DNA from: Candidatus Hodarchaeota archaeon
GTDB lineage: Archaea > Asgardarchaeota > Heimdallarchaeia > Hodarchaeales > Hodarchaeaceae
Length of the DNA: 43,828 bases
Direction of reading: 5' to 3'
Assembly: GCA_016840035.1 (NCBI GenBank)
Contig: JAEOTC010000194.1
Location: 1-43,828 of the forward strand
Shown here piece by piece: positions 8,800 to 18,194 of this stretch. Below the pieces are notes generated by a model. That model was not told the DNA's origin, made no database searches, and saw only the letters and a list, made by a program, of their open reading frames with translations. The translations under genes and the position numbers were made by a program. Positions within the stretch are counted from its first letter, which is position 1. Every line of letters starts with the position of its first letter.

Positions 8800-9711
8800 A
8801 TGAAAGATCATCAATCAAAAACAGACATAGAAAATCCAGAAATGGATCAATCTGATGATTTTTCATTTCCAGGGAGAAAATCCCTACTAGAAGGATTAGA
8901 ACTGCAATTGGGGGTGATTGGTGATGTATGGATTCATCATGCATACTCTGTTCCATCTAAGGATCCATTACTGATTGATGAAAAATATGAAATTCATTAT
9001 CAGGATAAGATAATTGTTCCCTCCATCCTTCACACTCTTATAGACAAAGTCGGAGGGAAACGCTCCACAAGTCTTGCTGCAATCTGTGGGATGAAGAGTC
9101 CAGAGATATTATTTCTTCACGATCCAGCTACCATGAATTTATCAGTAGTCTTCCAAGAAAAACTATGGGTTACTGAAGTTTTATTAAAACAAGCGAATTT
9201 CTTATATCCCTCACCTGCTGCCCGTGAACATGCATTCACAAATGTAGAGAAAAACAAGGTTGAAGTTATTCAATCTGACATCTCAATTGAACTTAATGGC
9301 CATAGGACAGAGAGGGGGATTGAACAAGATGAAGTGCTAATCCCTCTTGATTCAAATTACCGTCCTGTAATGGGAGGCAAGGATCCAGCTTCTAAGTTCA
9401 AGAGCCCATTTCCGCGATTATTGGATGTAGGAGAACTAGTACTCATGATTTCCGATGCTATTTCCTCGTCTGCTAAAATGTATTTAGGAACTGTCAATGT
9501 CCGTTTGAACGAAGATCAAGTAGCTTTGGAATATCCTTTAGAGGCCCACATCGCAGGAATAAAATTATATCGAAAGTACATTGATGTTATTGAAGTTTAT
9601 TCTCCTTCCCAGCTTGAAAAAACTGAGCTCCAGAAGATAAACTTCCGAATTTATAGGACTGAAATTACAAGGGAGCTTAAACTCCTCCTAAATCTACTTC
9701 ATATTCGCTAA
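8800..9711 (+). CDS. Hypothetical protein (303 aa)
   Basis: Long ATG-initiated ORF with genome-like composition. No family recognised. Confidence 0.7.
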   Translation: MKDHQSKTDIENPEMDQSDDFSFPGRKSLLEGLELQLGVIGDVWIHHAYSVPSKDPLLIDEKYEIHYQDKIIVPSILHTLIDKVGGKRSTSLAAICGMKSPEILFLHDPATMNLSVVFQEKLWVTEVLLKQANFLYPSPAAREHAFTNVEKNKVEVIQSDISIELNGHRTERGIEQDEVLIPLDSNYRPVMGGKDPASKFKSPFPRLLDVGELVLMISDAISSSAKMYLGTVNVRLNEDQVALEYPLEAHIAGIKLYRKYIDVIEVYSPSQLEKTELQKINFRIYRTEITRELKLLLNLLHIR

Positions 9712-9724
9712 GAGCTTCTAAATT

Positions 9725-10225
9725 TTAGGATTTACTGCTGTGCTCTGCAATCATTTCCTTAGCTTCTTCTATCCAAATCCGAGTTAATTGTAGTTTTGAA
9801 AGGTCAAACTGTTTCTGCTTTAAATTTTTATGTCGAGATTCATATTCGTTTCTACTAATTCTTTGTAGAATGAAATCACGTTCAATTTGTTCAATTTCTG
9901 CATTGACTATCCCATCCATCGCTTGAAAATAAATCACTGCAGCTGTAGAAATCGAATTTAATAATTCCAAGCCAGGAGTAGAAATATAATATACATAATG
10001 CGGAGAAGGAAAAGGCTCCACTCTCCTTTCTGCAATATATTGGGAACACATCAGTTTCAAATGCTTTTCAACTGCTGGTCGGGATATATTCAATAAACTG
10101 GCTAGTTCTTGAGGATTCTTCGCTTCTTGAGAAATTAGATTGATTATCTTCTTTCTAGTAGGTTCGGAAAAAATTTTTAAAATTTCAATCGTCCGTTTTT
10201 CTAAATTGTCTGACAGAAATCTCAT
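9725..10225 (-). CDS. ArsR/SmtB-like wHTH regulator with C-terminal SHOCT-like helices
   Basis: FSEPTRKKIINLI...ELASLLNISRPAVEKHLKLM, then ERDFILQRISRNEYESRHKNL. Start taken at ATG 10225. Confidence 0.8.
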   Translation of the reverse strand: MRFLSDNLEKRTIEILKIFSEPTRKKIINLISQEAKNPQELASLLNISRPAVEKHLKLMCSQYIAERRVEPFPSPHYVYYISTPGLELLNSISTAAVIYFQAMDGIVNAEIEQIERDFILQRISRNEYESRHKNLKQKQFDLSKLQLTRIWIEEAKEMIAEHSSKS

Positions 10226-10501
10226 CCTCAAAGTAAATAATAGAGATAATTTATGAAAAAAACTAATCAAGTACAAAAACTACTAGTAAGTTTAAATTAA
10301 TAAAGATTCGCAAGCTTTAACTTTTGGGTTTAATGAATAAACTATGCGGTTTCGTCTCTAAACTGAAATTATTAGAATATTTTTTAACAGATTCTTCTTT
10401 AAGTAGAAATACATGTCAGATATTATTATTGAATTTGAATGATTCGATACCAAATAAAAATATCTGCTCTAATAACTTAAACAAAATAATGGTTGTTAAA
10501 A

Positions 10502-11344
10502 ATGTCGAATAAAGAAATACAAGACCTTAAAACGTTGATTAAGGCACTAGAAATTCGTTTACGGGCTGATGAAATTACTGAGGTCGAATACAAGGAATTA
10601 AAGGAAAAGTATAATGCTAAACTTCAAGAAGAAGTGGCCGTACTCAAAGAACACAGTTTTCTTAGAAATTTATCATATATATCAATTTCTGGTTCTGGAA
10701 AAGTTACAGATTCATATGTGAGTATATCTGGTTCAGGCCGAATAGAAGGTTGGAGAGATGGTACAATTTCGATTTCGGGTACAGGAAAGGTTAGTGATGA
10801 AGAGATAGAGATTTCTGGATCTGGTACATTGCCTGGAGATCTTAAAACGGAATCAGTATCAGTATCTGGATCTCTGAAGACTGAAGGAGCTGTTGAAACA
10901 GGGAAATTCCTATCATCCGGGTCATTCAAGGTTAATGGTAAATTGACTGTTAATGAACGATTTGCATCGTCGGGTTCAGGAAAGATAGGTGGTCCATTAG
11001 TCGCTAAAAATGCATCAGTAGTATCTAGTGGTGCATTAAAAGTTGAAGGCGATGTAGTCTGTGATAGTGCCGAATTCTCCGGAAGTTACAAAATTGCTGG
11101 TTCGGTTGAATGTAATAATGACTTCACATCAGAATTAAGTGATAAATCCAGCATTAATGATGATTTGATTTGTGGAGGAGATATTTACATCGAACAGGAT
11201 TCACGAAAAGGGTCTTTGAAGGTAAATAAGATAAAATCCAGTGGTGAAGTATATCTGGAAGGTGTCGAAGCTCAGATTGTCATTGGAAAAAAAGTTAAAG
11301 TAGGGCCAGAGTGCAATATTGGCTCTATTGAGGAAACAGGTTAG
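10502..11344 (+). CDS. Bactofilin-like (polymer-forming, YhbE/YhbF-type) beta-helix protein with N-terminal SHOCT-like domain
   Basis: About nine repeats of [IV]S[IV]SGS-x-[KR][IV]xG, plus the C-terminal VIGKKVKVGPECNIGSIE typical of this family. Start taken at ATG 10502. Confidence 0.75.
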   Translation: MSNKEIQDLKTLIKALEIRLRADEITEVEYKELKEKYNAKLQEEVAVLKEHSFLRNLSYISISGSGKVTDSYVSISGSGRIEGWRDGTISISGTGKVSDEEIEISGSGTLPGDLKTESVSVSGSLKTEGAVETGKFLSSGSFKVNGKLTVNERFASSGSGKIGGPLVAKNASVVSSGALKVEGDVVCDSAEFSGSYKIAGSVECNNDFTSELSDKSSINDDLICGGDIYIEQDSRKGSLKVNKIKSSGEVYLEGVEAQIVIGKKVKVGPECNIGSIEETG

Positions 11345-11430
11345 TCTGTAAACTGAAAAAAAATGGATTTTCTGGTTCTCATTCTGAAAATAAAGATTTA
11401 ATCTCTTTTGTCACAAGTCATAATAAAAAT

Positions 11431-12195
11431 TTGATAGTTTGGTGCGTAACAGGGGGGGGAGACTTTTTTGACGACAATCATAAGCTTATCTTACAACTAC
11501 TTTCAAAAAACCATCCAATATTAGTCGTATTTTCTAACGCAGGCGCAGTGGTGTATAATAGGTACGGGTTTTTCTGGAATCTAACACGTTCAAATATCGA
11601 ATTTACAAATTCCTACTTTTTATTTGAAAGTCAATATGTATTGGAATATAATATTAGTGATTTACTCAAAAAAACAGGAGTTGTTTACTCCGCATTACCA
11701 AGAGATCCTACATTTGCATCGGGAGTTTGGCTAGCCAACCAAGAAATAAAATGCATTATTGTTAGTCCTTTGACATCAAACTCAGTTGCCAAGTTGATAT
11801 TAGGAATTAATGATAGTCTAATCCTAAATTTGCTCTCAGCAGGTAAAAAAGCGAATCAATTAATAGGAATTCTTCCTACCGATCGTGGATCTAATACAAT
11901 TACTACAAAGCTCCCCGTTCGTCAAAATAAGATTTTTAAATTGGAGGATTACGATCCTAAGGTATGTATGTTTAGAGCACTAGATTCAACAACATATTCT
12001 ACTATATATTATCTGCCAGAATATTGTGTGGGATGTCGAAAGTGTGTAGAAAAGTACCCCCATCATTTTACTGTTGATGAGAAATTGGAGATTCATATCA
12101 GACCAATAGATCAGCAGAATACTCAAAGGTTAAGTGATGAATTTCGAGTCTTTTATTCTGTGGAAGAAATATCCATTTTTATCTCGTCATTGTGA
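11431..12195 (+). CDS. Archaeal flavoprotein (AfpA/DmrX-like, HFCD superfamily) with ferredoxin-like insert
   Basis: IVWCVTGGG, SPLTSNSVAKLILGINDSL, ILPTD, CVGCRKC, IRPID. Confidence 0.8.
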   Translation: MIVWCVTGGGDFFDDNHKLILQLLSKNHPILVVFSNAGAVVYNRYGFFWNLTRSNIEFTNSYFLFESQYVLEYNISDLLKKTGVVYSALPRDPTFASGVWLANQEIKCIIVSPLTSNSVAKLILGINDSLILNLLSAGKKANQLIGILPTDRGSNTITTKLPVRQNKIFKLEDYDPKVCMFRALDSTTYSTIYYLPEYCVGCRKCVEKYPHHFTVDEKLEIHIRPIDQQNTQRLSDEFRVFYSVEEISIFISSL

Positions 12196-12199
12196 CTTT

Positions 12200-12751
12200 T
12201 TAGGTATGAAGTCTTTTATATTCTTCAATATAGTCTCCAATGGTAAGACCTAATTGTTCAAAAGCTTGAGTTACGTTTAAACCCGATTTAGCAGATGTTT
12301 TTAAGTATTTAATATCAAAAGGAATATCTTGTGTTTCAGACTGAGATTTCTTTACGAATTGTTCAATTTGTTCTTGATCGATAGCCCCTGGAAGATCGCT
12401 CTTATTCCCTAAAATTATGAATGGAATTTCTCTCCCAACATTCGTAAAGAGCTCTTTTTTCCAGTTATCCAAACTGTACAATGAATCGAGTCGGGTTTGA
12501 TCAAAAACGAGAATTGCTCCATGAGATCCTTTGTAATAGAGGGCACGTACGGCAGAAAACCGTTGTTGTCCTGCCAAGTCCCAGATTTGAAATTTGTATT
12601 GAATATCTTTAATTGTGAGATTTTGAACCGCGAAATCAGCCCCAATGGTTAAAATGTAACCACTTTGAAATCCTTTTCCTAGGAAACGCTCGCGTAAAGA
12701 TGTCTTACCTACTCCTCCATCTCCTAATAGGCATATTTTGTATAATGGCAC
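12200..12751 (-). CDS. Rab/Ras-like small GTPase
   Basis: G1 GDGGVGKT, G2 TIGADF, G3 WDLAGQ, G4 NKSD, G5 SAK. No C-terminal Cys prenylation motif. Confidence 0.95.
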   Translation of the reverse strand: MPLYKICLLGDGGVGKTSLRERFLGKGFQSGYILTIGADFAVQNLTIKDIQYKFQIWDLAGQQRFSAVRALYYKGSHGAILVFDQTRLDSLYSLDNWKKELFTNVGREIPFIILGNKSDLPGAIDQEQIEQFVKKSQSETQDIPFDIKYLKTSAKSGLNVTQAFEQLGLTIGDYIEEYKRLHT

Positions 12752-13003
12752 ATTTTACCCTCTTTTAGGGATAATTTTTATGTTCTATTTATTTAATTGA
12801 TGTGTATATTAATTAACTAGCTCAATCTGGGTTTTAATAAATTCTCCTAGAAAGAACCCTCAAAGTAATTTTTTGTAAAGTCATGTGTGTAAAATTGAGT
12901 TAGATAATATTCTTCTCAAACACAAATTAAACAATTTATAGAATAAAGAACTAGCTTATAAGCATATTATAACAAATCTAAAAGCAATTAACGGTGAGAG
13001 ACA

Positions 13004-14206
13004 TTGGTTAAGAATTCATTTTTTTTAGCATCAGAGAGCGAGATTAAGAGCGCAAAAACAACAGATGTCTACTTCTTACGAACTGAAGAAGTTCTGAAAA
13101 AAGAATCACGAGATAAATTGGTAGCTGTTGAGGTAACAGCTTCATCTATCAGGGGATCTAACTGGGGAGTCTTGGCAGGTATTGAAGATGTGCTTGAATT
13201 ACTGTCTGGACTCGATATTGACGTGTACACAATGCCAGAAGGATCATTTTTTCAAGAAAAAGATGATCATGGAGTGAAGATACCGACGATTGTTATAATT
13301 GGAAAATATCTCAATTTTGCAAGATTTGAAACACCTCTACTTGGTTTCATCTGTTCTAAGAGCGGTATGACTACAAAAACCGCACGAATCCGCTTAGCAG
13401 CAAAGAAAAAATCAGTCCTTAGTTTTGGAGCTCGACGAGCTCATCCCGGAATAACTCCAGTAGTATCATATTGTGCATATATTGGTGGGTGTAATGGAAT
13501 TAGTTGTATCCTTGGTGCTGAAAAATTGGGAATACAACCGACGGGAACAATACCTCATTCATTAATTATTCTTTTCGGAGACCAAGTTACTGCTTGGAAA
13601 GCTTTTGATGCTCACATCCCTAAGCAAGTTCCACGTATCGCATTAGTAGATACATATTATGATGAGAAAATTGAGGCGATATTAGCAGCTGAATCGATTT
13701 CAGATTTATCTGGAGTTAGATTGGACACTCCCTCCTCTCGTCGAGGAAATTTCAAGAGTATCATACAGGAAGTAAGGTGGGAGCTTGATTATCGTGGATT
13801 TAAAGATCTGAAAATTTATATTTCTGGGGGATTAGGAGAGGAAGACGTTCTTGAGTACGTGGACCTTGTTGATGGATTTGGTATCGGAAGTGAAATTAGT
13901 GCTGCCCCTCCTGTAGATTTTGCTCTGGACATTGTAGAATTAACAGATGAGATAGGAAATTGGAAACCAGTCGCAAAAAGAGGTAAATTTTCTGGTAGAA
14001 AAAACGTTTTTAGGTGTGAAAAATGTCTCAAAATAAAAGTCACTGACTGGGAAATCGAAAATGAGACTTGTGATAAATGTAAAATTAACCTCAAACCTAT
14101 TTTAATAAAACAGATAGAGAATGGAAAACGAATCCAGAACAAACCTACAATCGAAGAAACACGAAAATACGTACTCAAACAGTTAGAAATAATCAGAAAA
14201 AAGTAA
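13004..14206 (+). CDS. pncB: Nicotinate phosphoribosyltransferase (archaeal type, C-terminal Zn ribbon)
   Basis: TDVYF, FGARRAHP, GTIPHS, LVDTY, GVRLDTPSSRRG, SGGL, KRGK, CEKC/CDKC. Confidence 0.93.
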   Translation: MVKNSFFLASESEIKSAKTTDVYFLRTEEVLKKESRDKLVAVEVTASSIRGSNWGVLAGIEDVLELLSGLDIDVYTMPEGSFFQEKDDHGVKIPTIVIIGKYLNFARFETPLLGFICSKSGMTTKTARIRLAAKKKSVLSFGARRAHPGITPVVSYCAYIGGCNGISCILGAEKLGIQPTGTIPHSLIILFGDQVTAWKAFDAHIPKQVPRIALVDTYYDEKIEAILAAESISDLSGVRLDTPSSRRGNFKSIIQEVRWELDYRGFKDLKIYISGGLGEEDVLEYVDLVDGFGIGSEISAAPPVDFALDIVELTDEIGNWKPVAKRGKFSGRKNVFRCEKCLKIKVTDWEIENETCDKCKINLKPILIKQIENGKRIQNKPTIEETRKYVLKQLEIIRKK

Positions 14207-14263
14207 GGGAGAGTTTTTCAATAAGCTAATCGAACTTGGCTGTATTAAAAGGAATTGGAATAG

Positions 14264-14938
14264 ATGCAGAAATTAATTAGCTCAACCGATCAAATAAAAA
14301 TTATTGATTCAGATGCATTAATAGTAATAGATATGCAGAACGACTTTTTACCAGGAGGAAGTTTAGCGGTTCCAGATGGGGACAAAATAATACCAGATAT
14401 TAACACATTAGCGAAATTATTCTTTCAGAAAAATCAAGTTGTCTTTACTCAAGACTGGCACCCCCCAAATCACCAATCATTCGCGAGTTCTCATCCTGGC
14501 AAAAACACTTTTGATGAATTTTCTGCTCATGGATTGGGGCCAGTTCTTTGGCCCGATCACTGTGTTCAGGGTTCAGAGGGGGCAGATTTTGCTTCAAACA
14601 TTGACTCAATCCTAGCAAAAATGATATTGAGAAAAGGGTATCACAGAGAGATTGACTCATATTCAGCCTTTTTAGAAAATGATAAACAGACAAAAACGGG
14701 ATTAAATGCCTATTTAAAGTCATTTAACGTAACTAGAGTTTTTGTTTGTGGATTAGCTTTAGATTATTGCGTTAAATATACCTCTCTTGACGCAAAAACT
14801 TTAGGTTTTGATACTTATATTGTACAAGATTTATCCAAACCAGTAAACACCGATGAAACAGTGCTTATTGCTCTATTAAATGAATTAAAAGAGTCTGATG
14901 TTCATTTAGTTAATTTGGCTCAGTTTCAAGAATTTTGA
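14264..14938 (+). CDS. pncA: Nicotinamidase/pyrazinamidase
   Basis: IDMQNDFLPGGSL, TQDWHP, LWPDHCVQG, RKG, DSYSAF, GLALDYCV. Confidence 0.95.
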   Translation: MQKLISSTDQIKIIDSDALIVIDMQNDFLPGGSLAVPDGDKIIPDINTLAKLFFQKNQVVFTQDWHPPNHQSFASSHPGKNTFDEFSAHGLGPVLWPDHCVQGSEGADFASNIDSILAKMILRKGYHREIDSYSAFLENDKQTKTGLNAYLKSFNVTRVFVCGLALDYCVKYTSLDAKTLGFDTYIVQDLSKPVNTDETVLIALLNELKESDVHLVNLAQFQEF

Positions 14939-14991
14939 TTAGTGGATAATAGTCATAAGCATCAATAAATATGTGACCGCAGGGTATAACA

Positions 14992-15423
14992 TTGATTCTC
15001 TACTGGATAGATAAGGAAAGAATTGGAGGAGCAAGTCAACCACAGCTTTCTGATTTACCTTTTTTGAAGAGTATAGATTTAGCAGGCATAATATGTTTGC
15101 AAGAAGAAAGTACATCAGAGGAACTTGCACGTCTATTGGATATTGCATATCTACATCGGCCTATCCAAGATTTTGGAGTTCCTTCTAATGACGATATACC
15201 TGAGATATTAAAATTCCTAGCTCAACAACAGAAAAATAAACCAAACATCCCAGTTCTGGTACATTGTACTGCAGGAAATGGAAGAACTGGCACGATTCTT
15301 GCTTCTGTTATTAAACTTCTTGATCGATTAGGTTCTGAGGATGCAATTCAGAAAATTCGTAAAGTAAATCCACTAGCAATTGAAACTAAAGAACAAGAAG
15401 AGTTTATTAAAGAACTTACTTAA
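14992..15423 (+). CDS. Cys-based dual-specificity/protein tyrosine phosphatase
   Basis: P-loop VHCTAGNGRTG, general-acid loop PIQDFGVP, Q-loop IETKEQ. Confidence 0.92.
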   Translation: MILYWIDKERIGGASQPQLSDLPFLKSIDLAGIICLQEESTSEELARLLDIAYLHRPIQDFGVPSNDDIPEILKFLAQQQKNKPNIPVLVHCTAGNGRTGTILASVIKLLDRLGSEDAIQKIRKVNPLAIETKEQEEFIKELT

Positions 15424-15455
15424 GATAACTTTCTAGATCCTGATTTTTTTTGTTT

Positions 15456-16601
15456 CTAATCCGCTATTGCATTAGAAAAACATGTTGTAGCTAAAAAATC
15501 AAACAAAATGTCTTCAGCTAGTTCCAACTCGTTGATACTGACTCTTTCGTTTGATACATGTATTTTATTCGGATTTCCAGGACCAAATATAATGAATGGA
15601 AGATTTTTAGGTGCATTAGAGACTAATACCGCCCCGTCTGTAGCATAATTTAACCCAGAAAATGGTTGATTCCCTGAAATCTGGACGAACCTTTTTACAT
15701 AGAAATTGTTCTTATCCGACTCAATAGATGGTAGACTCTGTCGAATTTTTACTTCAAAATCAGCAGGACTTTCATTTCCAAATTCTTTCACGAGATGAAC
15801 TAGTGTCTTGCTGAATTCATGTGATTGATATGGAGGGACAAGACGAAAATCACACTGAACCTCTGCTCTCTCTGGTACAACATTAGCTAAATTTCCTCCT
15901 TGAATAACTCCAATGTTTAAGGTACTCTTTCCAAGAATCTCATCGTGATGATTTGTAATAGAAGAATGAAGAACAGGAAAGAGTTTTACTAACTCTTCAA
16001 TTGCATTAATCCCTTTTTCAGGAGTGGATCCATGGGCAGCCTGACCTGATGCAATTATTGAAACCCAAAGCACACCTTTCTCTGATATACCAATCTTTAA
16101 AGCTGTAGGCTCGGGAATGATAAGAAATTCTGTTTGATTTAATAGGTTTAGTTCAAGAGATGCTTTTGCTCCTCCTAAACCGACTTCTTCATCACTGGTT
16201 CCGAGAAAAGTAATGCTATACTTCATTTCGGAAATGTTAAATTTATCTTTGATTCTTTTAAGAGCGCTAAGAGCAATTGATACGCCTGCCTTCATATCAG
16301 CTGCTCCTCTTCCATAAATGTATCCTTTTTCTTCCTCTCCACCGAAGGGGTCTGTGTTCCAATTTTTTAAATCACCAACTGGAACTGTATCAAGATGTCC
16401 ACAGATTAGTACTGTTTTATCCGACTTTCCAATGGTTAATTGAATATTACCCCTCTCTTCTTCATACCAGTGGATCTGTGAAGAGATTCCCTCCTTTTTT
16501 GCCCATTTATCAATCCAGTAAATAATCTTTTTAGTATTTCCCGGAGGATTTTCCGTTTTAATTTGAATTAGCTGTTTTAGTATAGGAGTACTATCGTTCA
16601 T
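15456..16601 (-). CDS. M20 metallohydrolase (ArgE/DapE family)
   Basis: CGHLDTVP, GRGAADMKAG, DEE, EPT, AHGS, GPG...H. Start taken at ATG 16601. Confidence 0.92.
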   Translation of the reverse strand: MNDSTPILKQLIQIKTENPPGNTKKIIYWIDKWAKKEGISSQIHWYEEERGNIQLTIGKSDKTVLICGHLDTVPVGDLKNWNTDPFGGEEEKGYIYGRGAADMKAGVSIALSALKRIKDKFNISEMKYSITFLGTSDEEVGLGGAKASLELNLLNQTEFLIIPEPTALKIGISEKGVLWVSIIASGQAAHGSTPEKGINAIEELVKLFPVLHSSITNHHDEILGKSTLNIGVIQGGNLANVVPERAEVQCDFRLVPPYQSHEFSKTLVHLVKEFGNESPADFEVKIRQSLPSIESDKNNFYVKRFVQISGNQPFSGLNYATDGAVLVSNAPKNLPFIIFGPGNPNKIHVSNERVSINELELAEDILFDFLATTCFSNAIAD

Positions 16602-16602
16602 T

Positions 16603-16890
16603 TCAGAAATTATCCACATTGACTAATTCGTTGTCTGAAATCTCTGATTTTTCGTTGAGTATTGTTTCATAATCTTCAATAGGAACTTCAGCAAAAATTG
16701 GGCCTTTATATTGGCAGTTTGAACAGGAATAAGTTGAAGGTACGATAAACGTAAGGAAGGTAGGTTCTATCGCTAGGGAACTTTCCAAGCATATTGGACA
16801 GACTCGAATAACGTCTTTAGAGTTGCTTTTCCTTCGCATCAACTTTCTAATCTCCCCAAAATTCCTAAAAAACTGTCTCATTGCAATCAT
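16603..16890 (-). CDS. Small Zn-ribbon protein
   Basis: CPIC...YSCSNCQYKGP. Its stop lies 1 nt before the M20 start, suggesting translational coupling. Confidence 0.7.
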   Translation of the reverse strand: MIAMRQFFRNFGEIRKLMRRKSNSKDVIRVCPICLESSLAIEPTFLTFIVPSTYSCSNCQYKGPIFAEVPIEDYETILNEKSEISDNELVNVDNF

Positions 16891-17073
16891 GTACTAATTT
16901 TATTAACATCATTTAGAGTTTTCTGAAACGTTTACCAGCTTCGATTGTATTTATCCTCATCATAAGGTGATAAAACTAAGCTTTTCTTAGGAAGAGTGAA
17001 AACCTTTTTTTACCTCTCTATCACTGAAGATTTGTAATATGCCAGCTTCAGTATGCTCCGGATATGAACCGAT

Positions 17074-17610
17074 GTGTCGTTAAATTTTAACTTTCTCGCT
17101 AAGATATTACTTCTTGGGGAATTTCGTGTTGGAAAATCTTCTATGGTGCTTCGGTACGTGGAAGACCGGTTTCCAGGCGATTATATGGCAACCATTGGTG
17201 CAAACTTTTTGGTTAAATCCGTGAATTTATCTTTGAACGGAGAACCAGTTAGAGTTGGATTACAAATTTGGGATTTAGGTGGTCATACTAGATCTACCCA
17301 AGTAGGACGTGTCTTTTTCCAAGGAGTGTCTGGTGCTTTACTTGTATATGATTTGACCCGTCCTGATACATTGGATAAAATTCCACTATGGCAAGACCAA
17401 CTCAAAAAATACTCCCCAACTGCAAAATTATATCTAGTCGGAAATAAGAATGATCTAATCGATGAACGACAAATTTCCACCTCTGAGGGACAAAAAGCAC
17501 AGGGAACATTCAAAGTTGAGCATTTTTTTGAGACATCAGCGAAAACTGGTGATCATATTCAGGAAACTTTTGAACACATGGCAGTATCTCTTATTGAGTT
17601 AAACCAGTAG
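17074..17610 (+). CDS. Rab/Ras-like small GTPase (switch II Q-to-H)
   Basis: GEFRVGKS, TIGANF, WDLGGH, NKND, ETSAK. Confidence 0.93.
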   Translation: MSLNFNFLAKILLLGEFRVGKSSMVLRYVEDRFPGDYMATIGANFLVKSVNLSLNGEPVRVGLQIWDLGGHTRSTQVGRVFFQGVSGALLVYDLTRPDTLDKIPLWQDQLKKYSPTAKLYLVGNKNDLIDERQISTSEGQKAQGTFKVEHFFETSAKTGDHIQETFEHMAVSLIELNQ

Positions 17611-17661
17611 ACTGTAATCTTGCTGTAGCAAATACTAGAATATTGTAGATATGCCTACTAC

Positions 17662-18030
17662 TTATCCTGCCATCAATTCTTCAAAACTATTAATATTTTT
17701 GAGTTTTTCTTTAAATAACAACACATCATTGGTGGATACTTCGTCATTTACCTCTAAAAACTCTAAAATATCAAAAAAAAGATTTTTGGCGTTTGGAAAA
17801 TTGGTTGGAGCATCAGGTAATGAAGAGAAAGCAAATGTTAATTTATCTGCTAGGGAGGCATCAGGAACACGAAGAGCATTCCGTACTGTTTGGACGTAGA
17901 TTTCATCATCACTTATTTTGGAAGCAATTTCAATTCGTTTTTGAGCTACTTGAGAGGCTTGATGGGATAATTGTGGAGGGGAAAATATCCTACGGAAAAA
18001 GCGTACAAATCGGTTCATTATATCCGACAC
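17662..18030 (-). CDS. Hypothetical helical protein with N-terminal amphipathic segment
   Basis: 122 aa ORF filling the gap between the GTPase and V4R genes. N-terminus is MNRFVRFFRRIF. Confidence 0.55.
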   Translation of the reverse strand: MSDIMNRFVRFFRRIFSPPQLSHQASQVAQKRIEIASKISDDEIYVQTVRNALRVPDASLADKLTFAFSSLPDAPTNFPNAKNLFFDILEFLEVNDEVSTNDVLLFKEKLKNINSFEELMAG

Positions 18031-18194
18031 TCATCCAGAATTGAAAAACTAATATATGAGTCCTTCTAATCCAATCCTTTTTAAGGCCTTTTTGCTTCTT
18101 GTTGTTTATATAATTCGTGTAATTGATAAATCTTGTTATTTGAAGAGGAAAATTCTTCTATTGATTGTCAATGTTTTAGAAGAAGGTCAACATC

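Noticed and set aside
10206-10214. Third TTGTCTGAC copy as an element end
   Set aside because: It lies inside the ArsR coding start with no mobile-element context, and a chance 9-mer is plausible in 44 kb.
10324-10512. 62-aa ORF between the ArsR and bactofilin-like genes
   Set aside because: AT-rich divergent promoter region, TTG start and no motif.
10670-11100. Repeated TCTGG motifs as a DNA repeat or CRISPR array
   Set aside because: Explained by SGS protein repeats. There is no constant repeat-spacer period.
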